Origin: Eubacteriales bacterium
GTDB lineage: Bacteria; Bacillota; Clostridia; Oscillospirales; CAG-272
NCBI GenBank assembly: GCA_045613265.1
Contig: JAZLAP010000027.1
Coordinates: 1-35,095 of the forward strand
Length of the DNA: 35,095 nt
Reading direction: 5' to 3'
Under the pieces are notes generated by a model. That model was not told the DNA's origin. It did no database searches and saw nothing but the letters and a program-made list of their open reading frames with translations. The translations under genes were made by a program, and so were the position numbers. Every line of letters begins with the position of its first letter. Positions within the stretch are counted from its first letter, which is position 1. Of the stretch, positions 20,310-26,759 are shown piece by piece.

Positions 20310-20338
20310 ATTATACCACTATATTACATACTTGTCAA
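20310..20338 (-). promoter_or_regulatory. Sigma-A type promoter of the polysaccharide operon
   Basis: The minus strand reads TTGACA (20338..20333), a 17-nt spacer, then TATAAT (20315..20310). An AT-rich tract lies upstream. The predicted leader to ATG 20183 is about 120 nt. Confidence 0.65.
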
Positions 20339-20523
20339 GAGTTTCGCAGGTTTTAATTCATCTTTGTTGTAACTTCTGCAAAAAAATTGTACATTTGTTC
20401 GTCAAAAATCCTTAACATATTGTCTATAAATTTACGCGCCTGCCAATTTTTTTGGTACTTTTGACGCAACTCCGAAACAATTTCAAAGGCAAACACAGCA
20501 ACGCATGCAGCCGCAAAACGCAG

Positions 20524-20553
20524 AAAAGGAGCAGAGACTTCTCTGCTCCTTTT
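20524..20553 (-). terminator. Rho-independent terminator after the radical SAM gene
   Basis: AAAAGGAGCAGAG-ACTT-CTCTGCTCCTTTT is a perfect 13-bp stem with a 4-nt loop and U-runs on both strands. It lies 64 nt beyond the stop at 20617. Confidence 0.75.
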
Positions 20554-20616
20554 GAACCTTGAAAATATGGATATTTTTTACCTTTTAAGGAAAGTCGAAC
20601 CTTGCCCGCTTGCTTT

Positions 20617-21720
20617 TCAGGAAAGCTCATTCAGCAAAATATCAATAGCGCGCAGGTTATACCCTACCTCATCCTCCGGACAATCGAGTCGCCCGTTCCG
20701 ATACAGGACGAAACGGAAGTAAGCGGTTGCCTTGAAGATGATCTTCTGCAGCTTGCACCACGAATCGTCCTTCTTCATCGGATCGCCCGTCGCCTCGTAA
20801 TTGGCACCGTAACAATTCTGACAAATGCGAAGTGCCGCACAATCGCAGCAGGGAGACGGAAAATCCTCCCGAAACAATTCGTCACGAAATTCAAGCGAAC
20901 GTGCTGCCGCCGCCCGTTCCTCGCCGAGCGTGACCGGCATGAAAAATTGACACGGGTAGGCGATACCGTCCACATCGTAAGAAAACATCTCTTCTCCCGC
21001 ACCGCATTGACGAAAAGACTGATCGGGTGCCGCAGAAGCGATCATCTGGATGGGAACGTTCAGAAGCTGACAGGGTGCAATATCGGGATGCGCCAGATAA
21101 TAGTCGATCAGCTTCATCAGCTCCCGTTCAAGAATCGCCTCGTTTTCGGGATTCGACCAATCGATGTCGTACGCCAGATTGCAGGTAAAGCGATAACCGT
21201 TCTCGTGCATAAAAATAATGCCGTCCGAAAGATCGGGAAGCGTTTCGGCAGACACCGTCATCTTCATCGCCTGCGTCGGCCAGGTTTTTGCAAAAAAATC
21301 GACGTCGATCCGATCAAAGCTGTTGCTGCGATTCGTATCGTGCATCTTTTTGTTGCCGTCGAGCGACAATCCGCAAACAAAAATATCGGCGTGCGTTCTC
21401 AGCCATTCCTTGACCTCGCCGTGCACCATCGTACCGTTTGTGGTTGCCATAAAGACCATCATTTTTTCGGGATAAGTCGTTCTGGCATAGTACACGCTCT
21501 CGCGGATCAGATCGAATTTCAAAAACGGCTCTCCGCCGAAAAAATCAATTTCGTACTCGTCGAAGTTTTCGTCGTCATCCAATGCCTCGTCAAGAATCTT
21601 CTTAACGAGAGGAAAATCCATTTCACGCTTCGACTTGTTGTTCTCATAACAATACGAGCAACGCAGGTTGCACGCCTGCGTTACCGTAAGTGTTATGATC
21701 TTTCTTCTTTGATCCGCCAT
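20617..21720 (-). CDS. Radical SAM / SPASM-domain peptide-modifying enzyme (no N-terminal RRE-sized extension)
   Basis: 367 aa. CNLRCSYC (CX3CX2C) sits at residues 17-24 and is followed by FFGGEPF. The C-terminal Cys set is QCGAGEEMFSYDVDGIAYPC (CX12GX4C), then PCCDCAALRICQNC (CX2CX5CX2C), then SWC, which is a full SPASM pattern. The ATG is 2 nt after the stop of the Cys-rich peptide gene. Confidence 0.9.
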   Translation of the reverse strand: MADQRRKIITLTVTQACNLRCSYCYENNKSKREMDFPLVKKILDEALDDDENFDEYEIDFFGGEPFLKFDLIRESVYYARTTYPEKMMVFMATTNGTMVHGEVKEWLRTHADIFVCGLSLDGNKKMHDTNRSNSFDRIDVDFFAKTWPTQAMKMTVSAETLPDLSDGIIFMHENGYRFTCNLAYDIDWSNPENEAILERELMKLIDYYLAHPDIAPCQLLNVPIQMIASAAPDQSFRQCGAGEEMFSYDVDGIAYPCQFFMPVTLGEERAAAARSLEFRDELFREDFPSPCCDCAALRICQNCYGANYEATGDPMKKDDSWCKLQKIIFKATAYFRFVLYRNGRLDCPEDEVGYNLRAIDILLNELS

Positions 21721-21722
21721 TC

Positions 21723-21905
21723 TCAGAAAAGTGCCGAGCAGGTGGATTTACATGCCGCCTGGCAGGTGGAGCCGCAATGACCGCTGCAGTTGCTGCCGCA
21801 GTCCTTCTTCGTGTGTACGTTCTTGTCGAGCGCCTTCGGCGTTACATCGTGCTCGAGAAGCGCGTCCTTCAGAATCGCCTTATCCTTCGTAGACAAAACA
21901 AACAT
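21723..21905 (-). CDS. RiPP precursor peptide, 60 aa, six Cys at strict CX3 spacing (SCIFF-like / CXXX-repeat)
   Basis: The peptide is MFVLSTKDKAILKDALLEHDVTPKALDKNVHTKKDCGSNCSGHCGSTCQAACKSTCSALF. GAAGGAG RBS lies 8 nt upstream of ATG 21905. The track ORF start at 21959 lies inside the -10 box, so I reject the 78-aa version. Confidence 0.8.
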   Translation of the reverse strand: MFVLSTKDKAILKDALLEHDVTPKALDKNVHTKKDCGSNCSGHCGSTCQAACKSTCSALF

Positions 21906-21957
21906 GATCTTCACTCCTTCGTTTTTGTTCCGTATCGTAACGGATTCTACCGCTTGC

Positions 21958-21986
21958 ATTATAGCACCATCCAGAGGCTATGTCAA
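21958..21986 (-). promoter_or_regulatory. Sigma-A type promoter of the peptide/rSAM operon
   Basis: The minus strand reads TTGACA (21986..21981), a 17-nt spacer ending in TGc (extended -10), then TATAAT (21963..21958). Confidence 0.7.
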
Positions 21987-22070
21987 TACGTTTCATACAA
22001 ATCTTTGCGTAACAGGCGCAAAACTTTCTTTACATCACACAATTTTCACACGCTTTTCACATCGGAATCG

Positions 22071-22099
22071 TTTACATTCTGTTCATACTGTGGTATAAT
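22071..22099 (+). promoter_or_regulatory. Sigma-A type promoter for the membrane-protein pair
   Basis: TTTACA (22071-22076), a 17-nt spacer ending in TGg (extended -10), then TATAAT (22094-22099). Confidence 0.6.
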
Positions 22100-22172
22100 A
22101 GCGAAGTAAAAACGCATGGTATTCCTTTTTGCCGGATTCCGACATTAAAACCAAAGGAAAGCGAGTGATACG

Positions 22173-23003
22173 GTGTCATTCCTTGAGCAACTGATCAATA
22201 TCCTTCGTTACAAAACAGCCGAGGTGCCAAAAATGGGCTCTGCCTTTCACCTTCTGTTCTGTGCACTTGCCATTGCTTTATCGCTGGCACTCGCCGTGAG
22301 GCAAAGGAGCGCGAGCGACAAAACCTTCAGGCGAATCGTTGGCGTGGCATGGTGTGTAATGGTCGTCCTTGAAATCTACCGTGAGATCGTCTATTCCTTT
22401 TCGATTGGTGAGAACGGCATTGTCTACGACTACGCATGGTGGCAATTCCCCTTCCAGCTCTGCGCCACGCCGCTTTACGTATACCCGCTCATCTTCCTTC
22501 TGAAGGACTGCAGGCTTCGCACCGCTGCCGTTACCTACGTCGCAACCTTCGCCATGTTCGGCGGTCTTTCCGTCATGATCTATCCCGGAGATGTTTTGAC
22601 ATATATACTTGGCATCAACATACAGTCGATGATCCATCACGGCCTTCAGGTCGTTATCGGCATCTATTGCGCAGTCTATTACCGTAAGCGCTTCACGCAC
22701 AAAAGCTTTCTTTCCGCCATCGGTGTTTTTGCGGTGCTGGTATCTGTCGCTATGATACTGAATATCGTAAGCCATCACTTGTTTCTCCACTTTGGCTCGG
22801 ACGAAATTATGAATCTTTTCTTCATCAGTCCGTACCATCCGTGTACGCTTCCTATTCTTTCCACGGTGTATACGATGGTACCCTATCCCGCTTTCCTCGC
22901 CATTTACATTGTCGGCTTTTCCCTGATCGCCGCCATATTCTTCTACCTCTACAGGGGGCTCGCGGCAGTGGCACGCAAGAGAAAGGCTTCCTGTCATGCG
23001 TAA
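22173..23003 (+). CDS. Integral membrane protein, YwaF / TMEM164-like family
   Basis: 276 aa with a GTG start and about 7-8 hydrophobic helices. WWQFPFQLCATPLY resembles the conserved P-L-x-L-C motif of the YwaF family as I remember it. The family assignment is from memory, not a search. Confidence 0.6.
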   Translation: MSFLEQLINILRYKTAEVPKMGSAFHLLFCALAIALSLALAVRQRSASDKTFRRIVGVAWCVMVVLEIYREIVYSFSIGENGIVYDYAWWQFPFQLCATPLYVYPLIFLLKDCRLRTAAVTYVATFAMFGGLSVMIYPGDVLTYILGINIQSMIHHGLQVVIGIYCAVYYRKRFTHKSFLSAIGVFAVLVSVAMILNIVSHHLFLHFGSDEIMNLFFISPYHPCTLPILSTVYTMVPYPAFLAIYIVGFSLIAAIFFYLYRGLAAVARKRKASCHA

Positions 23004-23721
23004 CAATTCACAGGCTCATACCGTCAGCTCTGCCGCCTTTTCTGCGGCAGAGCTTGTCTTTCTTCTTGCCATTCAACTGACACACGGAACAGAAAACCGC
23101 ATTCTCTGTGTCCTGTCGATCCTGCTTGCATTCGCCTTTTCCTGTATATTTGGCAACCGATCGCGCGATGGCTTGCTGATTTCCTTCGCGCTTGCCTTCA
23201 CGCTCGTCGCCGATGCGATCCTGCAATTCACCGATCCGATCCGGCGTCTTCCCGCCATGCTTTTCTTTGCGGTAACGCAGCTCTTATACGCCTTTTATCT
23301 GTTTTCGAAGCTCACGAAGCGGCAGCGTACACGCCAACTCATTCTTTACGTTACGCTTGTAACAGCTGCGCTTATTTTGACCGCTGCCGTCCTCAAAAGC
23401 AATACCGATGCCCTCAGTATGATCTCGCTCTTCTACTACGCAACACTTGTCGCAAATATCTTCTCTGCCTTTACTTCACGGCATTCGCTGATATTTGCAT
23501 GCGGTCTCGTATTCTTCATCCTGTGTGATACGCTTGTCGGACTTGACGTCATGATGCAGGCATATGTCCCGCTTCCGCCCGACAGCCTCCTTTATCGGCT
23601 CACGCACACTTACATCAACCTCATCTGGCTCTTTTACGTCCCCGCGCAAACGCTTATCGCGCTCTCCGCCGCAGAACGGCGTGCTCCATCCCGTGAAATA
23701 GCACCAAAATGCAAGTTTTGA
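22996..23721 (+). CDS. Integral membrane protein, YhhN (lysoplasmalogenase / TMEM86-like) family
   Basis: 241 aa and polytopic. It has two copies of the YhhN-type acidic motif (ALAFTLVADAILQF and GLVFFILCDTLVGL). The ATG overlaps the upstream gene by 8 nt. Confidence 0.6.
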   Translation: MRNNSQAHTVSSAAFSAAELVFLLAIQLTHGTENRILCVLSILLAFAFSCIFGNRSRDGLLISFALAFTLVADAILQFTDPIRRLPAMLFFAVTQLLYAFYLFSKLTKRQRTRQLILYVTLVTAALILTAAVLKSNTDALSMISLFYYATLVANIFSAFTSRHSLIFACGLVFFILCDTLVGLDVMMQAYVPLPPDSLLYRLTHTYINLIWLFYVPAQTLIALSAAERRAPSREIAPKCKF

Positions 23722-23813
23722 TTCGCAATGTTGCAAAATTCAGAAAAACTTGCTTTTATATCATTTTTCTTTCGCAAAAACTGAAATTTTCAAAAAAAAT
23801 ACTTCAATAGCGG

Positions 23814-23842
23814 TTGACAAACAGAGTCGAAGTGTGTATAAT
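23814..23842 (+). promoter_or_regulatory. Sigma-A type promoter of gdhA
   Basis: TTGACA (23814-23819), a 17-nt spacer, then TATAAT (23837-23842), preceded by an A/T-rich tract. Confidence 0.7.
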
Positions 23843-23912
23843 ATTATCATATTAAATAAAACGAAAAGCGTTTTGCCGACATTCGGTACGCTTTCCGCAT
23901 ACGGAGGTAAGT

Positions 23913-25265
23913 ATGAGCTTTAAAAATCCCGCACTCAACGAGCTTATGGCGCGCGTAGAAAAGCGCAATCCCAACGAGCCCGAATTTCACCAGACCGTCA
24001 AAGAGGTTCTGGAGTCGATCGAGCCTGTCATCGAACAGCGTCCCGACTACATCACGAGCGGTGTTCTCGAAAGAATGGTAGAGCCCGAAAGAATCATTAA
24101 GTTCCGCGTTCCGTGGGTGGACGACAAGGGCGTCGTTCAGGTCAACCGCGGCTTCCGTGTTCAGTTCAACTCGGCAATCGGTCCGTACAAGGGCGGTCTC
24201 CGCTTCCACCCCTCGGTCAACGAAAGCATTATGAAGTTCCTCGGCTTTGAGCAGACCTTCAAAAACTCGCTCACCTCGCTCCCCATGGGTGGCGGTAAGG
24301 GCGGTTCCGACTTTGATCCGCAGGGCAAGTCGGATGCAGAGGTCATGCGCTTCTGCCAGAGCTTCATGACCGAGCTTTCGAAGTACATCGGTGCAGACAC
24401 CGACGTACCCGCAGGCGATATCGGTGTCGGTGCACGCGAGATCGGCTATATGTTCGGTCAGTACAAGCGTCTCCGCAACGAGTTTACGGGCGTTCTTACC
24501 GGCAAGGGCATTACATACGGCGGCTCACTCATCCGTCCCGAGGCTACCGGCTACGGCGCCGTTTACTACACGGTCGAAATGCTGAAGCACTTCAAGGACG
24601 ACATCAAGGGCAAGACCTTTGCCATCTCGGGCTTCGGTAACGTTGCGTGGGGTACGGTCAAGAAGGTTACCGAGCTTGGCGGTAAAGTCGTTACCATCTC
24701 GGGTCCCGACGGTTATATCTACGACAAGGACGGCATCGTAACCGAGGAGAAGATCAACTACCTTCTCGAGATGCGCGCATCCTGCCGCAACCGTGTTGAG
24801 GATTACGCAGACAAATTCGGCGTTCCCTTCTTCAAGGGTGAAAAGCCCTGGGGTGTCAAGGCAGACATCATTATGCCCTGTGCAACCCAGAACGAGGTTG
24901 ACATGAAGGAAGCCGAAATGATCGTCAAGAACGGCATCAAGTACTACGTTGAGGTCTCGAACATGCCGACCACCAACGAAGCCATCGCTTACCTCAAGAA
25001 GAACGGCGTGATCGTCGCTCCCTCGAAGGCGGTCAACGCAGGCGGCGTTGCTACGAGCGGTCTCGAAATGAGCCAGAACACGATGCGCTATTCATGGTCC
25101 GCAGCAGAGGTCGATGCCAAGCTTAAGGACATCATGAAGAACATCTTCGAGGCTTCGGTCAAGGCTGCCAAGATGTACGGTCTCGGCGACGATCTCGTTG
25201 CCGGCGCAAACATCGCAGGCTTCATCAAGGTCGCAGACGCAATGCTCGCGCAGGGCGTTTGCTAA
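23913..25265 (+). CDS. gdhA: NADP-specific glutamate dehydrogenase
   Basis: 450 aa. Motifs: RVPWVDDKGVVQVNRGFRVQFNSAIGPYKGGLRFHPSV, LPMGGGKGGSDFDPKG-like (here LPMGGGKGGSDFDPQG) and GFGNVAWG. RBS GGAGGT lies upstream. Confidence 0.95.
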   Translation: MSFKNPALNELMARVEKRNPNEPEFHQTVKEVLESIEPVIEQRPDYITSGVLERMVEPERIIKFRVPWVDDKGVVQVNRGFRVQFNSAIGPYKGGLRFHPSVNESIMKFLGFEQTFKNSLTSLPMGGGKGGSDFDPQGKSDAEVMRFCQSFMTELSKYIGADTDVPAGDIGVGAREIGYMFGQYKRLRNEFTGVLTGKGITYGGSLIRPEATGYGAVYYTVEMLKHFKDDIKGKTFAISGFGNVAWGTVKKVTELGGKVVTISGPDGYIYDKDGIVTEEKINYLLEMRASCRNRVEDYADKFGVPFFKGEKPWGVKADIIMPCATQNEVDMKEAEMIVKNGIKYYVEVSNMPTTNEAIAYLKKNGVIVAPSKAVNAGGVATSGLEMSQNTMRYSWSAAEVDAKLKDIMKNIFEASVKAAKMYGLGDDLVAGANIAGFIKVADAMLAQGVC

Positions 25266-25276
25266 AACACAATAAC

Positions 25277-25317
25277 AAAGCGGAATGTAAACGTTGCTTT
25301 ACATTCCGCTTTGTTTT
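25277..25317 (+). terminator. Rho-independent terminator of gdhA
   Basis: AAAGCGGAATGTAAA-CGTTGC-TTTACATTCCGCTTT is a perfect 15-bp stem followed by GTTTT. Confidence 0.8.
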
Positions 25318-25359
25318 ATACGCTATAGCTTTGTTTTCTTGAAAATTCCCAAAAAGCTC

Positions 25360-25388
25360 TTGACAAGAAAGCATGTCTGTGCTATACT
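25360..25388 (+). promoter_or_regulatory. Sigma-A type promoter of the GntR-ABC operon
   Basis: TTGACA (25360-25365), a 17-nt spacer ending in TGc, then TATACT (25383-25388). Confidence 0.65.
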
Positions 25389-25415
25389 AAGTGTGCTACT
25401 TCGAATAGCACACTT
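25389..25415. promoter_or_regulatory. Perfect 10-bp inverted repeat, candidate operator for the YtrA-type GntR
   Basis: AAGTGTGCTA-CTTCGAA-TAGCACACTT starts immediately after the -10 box and spans the predicted transcription start. The GT..AC-containing half-sites fit GntR-type operators. Confidence 0.55.
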
Positions 25416-25464
25416 TTTCGTTCTGCAGGCGAAAAAGGGAATCACACAGTCGGCATGAAAGGCG

Positions 25465-25848
25465 GTGACGCGCGTGTTTTATATTGATCCGACGGTAAAA
25501 ACGCCGATATACGAGCAGATACGCTCCGAGATCCTCGGCATGGTCTCGCGCGGCGAGCTGACTGTGGGAGACAAGCTACCGTCGATCCGCACACTGTCCG
25601 CCGAGATCGGCATCAATGTCAATACCGTCAAAAAGGTTTTTGCGCTTCTCGAAGCCGACGGTGTGATCGAAACCGTCACGGGAAGCGGCAGCTATATTGC
25701 CGCCACCGCGCACCGTAACGAGCAGCTTCTCGCGCGTGCAAGAGAGGAGCTTCGGATCGCGGCAATGCACGCAAGAAATGCAGGGCTTTCGCTCGACGAG
25801 GCAATGTATACGATTGAAACAACCTATAAGGAGGACAAGAAAACGTGA
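25465..25848 (+). CDS. GntR-family transcriptional regulator, YtrA subfamily (short, no large effector domain)
   Basis: 127 aa. PIYEQIRSEILGMVSRGELTVGDKLPSIRTLSAEIGINVNTVKKVFALLEADGVIE is the winged-HTH region. GTG 25474 is an alternative start with better spacing from AAAGGCGG. Confidence 0.85.
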   Translation: MTRVFYIDPTVKTPIYEQIRSEILGMVSRGELTVGDKLPSIRTLSAEIGINVNTVKKVFALLEADGVIETVTGSGSYIAATAHRNEQLLARAREELRIAAMHARNAGLSLDEAMYTIETTYKEDKKT

Positions 25849-26759
25849 TCTCCATCAAAAATCTGTCGAAGTCCTTCGACGAAAAAACCGTGCTTTCCGA
25901 TATCTCGCTTGATATCCGCGACGGCTCGCTCTTCGGGCTGATCGGCTGCAACGGTGCGGGAAAGACTACGCTTCTTAACGTGATCTCAGGCTTTTACACA
26001 CCGTCCTGCGGCAGTGTATCGGTCAGCACCGGAAGCGGTGCCTGCAATCCCTACGACAACCCCGAGGTAAAAAAGGAATTATTCTATCTTACCGACGATA
26101 TGTATTTTATGCCGCACGCCACATTAAGTGACATGCGCGACTACTATGCAGGCTTTTATCCCACGTATAGCGATAAAAGCTTTGCCGCTCTCTGTGACCT
26201 GTTTGCGCTATCGACCGACAAGCCGCTCCACACCTTTTCAAAGGGCATGAAGCGGCAGGCATCGCTCTGCATCGCGCTCGCGAGCGGTGCAAGAACGCTT
26301 CTCCTCGACGAGACCTTTGACGGACTCGACCCCGATAAGCGCCGCACCGTCCGCAGTCTGCTCGGCGAATATATGTTGGAAAAGAATGCAACGGTCGTGC
26401 TTTCCTCGCATAACCTATTCGAGCTGGAAAGCATCTGCGATACGATAGGCATGTTGAACGGTACGCGTCTTGCCTTCCACGGCGATGTCGAGGAAATGAA
26501 ATCGCGCATCTTCGGCTATACCGCCATTATTGCAGGCAACTGCCCCGCAAGCGTATTTGACGGACTCCGCGTGCGTTCGCTCACGCAGGACGGCAGCATG
26601 CTTACCTTTCTCAGTGAGGAAAACGAGGAAACCCTGCGAAAGCGTATTGAAGCGCACGCCACTCTGCGCAAAATGGAAGCGCGCCGTCTGAATCTGGAAG
26701 AAATCTTCGATTACGAAATGGAGGGACAAAGCCGTGAGATCACGCACATCTTCTCATGA
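25845..26759 (+). CDS. ABC transporter ATP-binding protein
   Basis: 304 aa with Walker A GCNGAGKTT, signature-like FSKGMKRQ and Walker B LLLDETFDGLD. The GTG start forms a GTGA overlap with the GntR stop. RBS AAGGAGGA lies upstream. Confidence 0.9.
   Translation: MISIKNLSKSFDEKTVLSDISLDIRDGSLFGLIGCNGAGKTTLLNVISGFYTPSCGSVSVSTGSGACNPYDNPEVKKELFYLTDDMYFMPHATLSDMRDYYAGFYPTYSDKSFAALCDLFALSTDKPLHTFSKGMKRQASLCIALASGARTLLLDETFDGLDPDKRRTVRSLLGEYMLEKNATVVLSSHNLFELESICDTIGMLNGTRLAFHGDVEEMKSRIFGYTAIIAGNCPASVFDGLRVRSLTQDGSMLTFLSEENEETLRKRIEAHATLRKMEARRLNLEEIFDYEMEGQSREITHIFS

Noticed and set aside
20424-20630. A 68-aa minus-strand ORF in the region between the rSAM gene and the EPS promoter.
   Set aside because: It overlaps the 3' end of the rSAM gene and spans the terminator hairpin at 20524-20553. 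It has no RBS and a basic low-complexity sequence.
20602-21780. A 392-aa plus-strand ORF antisense to the radical SAM gene. Similar long antisense ORFs occur at 2804-3760, 11892-12836, 13063-13842, 13897-15069, 18163-18990, 19032-20003, 30416-31126 and 32405-33217 (plus strand) and 22278-23006 (minus strand).
   Set aside because: These are shadow ORFs opposite well-supported genes. They have no RBS, show Arg/Leu/His-rich composition typical of antisense frames, and carry no family motifs.
21906-21959. An 18-codon N-terminal extension of the Cys-rich peptide ORF (the 78-aa form).
   Set aside because: Its ATG sits inside the predicted -10 hexamer and it has no RBS. The internal ATG at 21905 has a strong GAAGGAG RBS.
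25389-25420. The inverted repeat plus T-run, read as a stand-alone intrinsic terminator or attenuator of the GntR operon.
   Set aside because: It begins one base after the -10 box, so transcripts from this promoter would lack most of the left arm. I kept it as an operator candidate and noted the read-through terminator role as an alternative in the findings.
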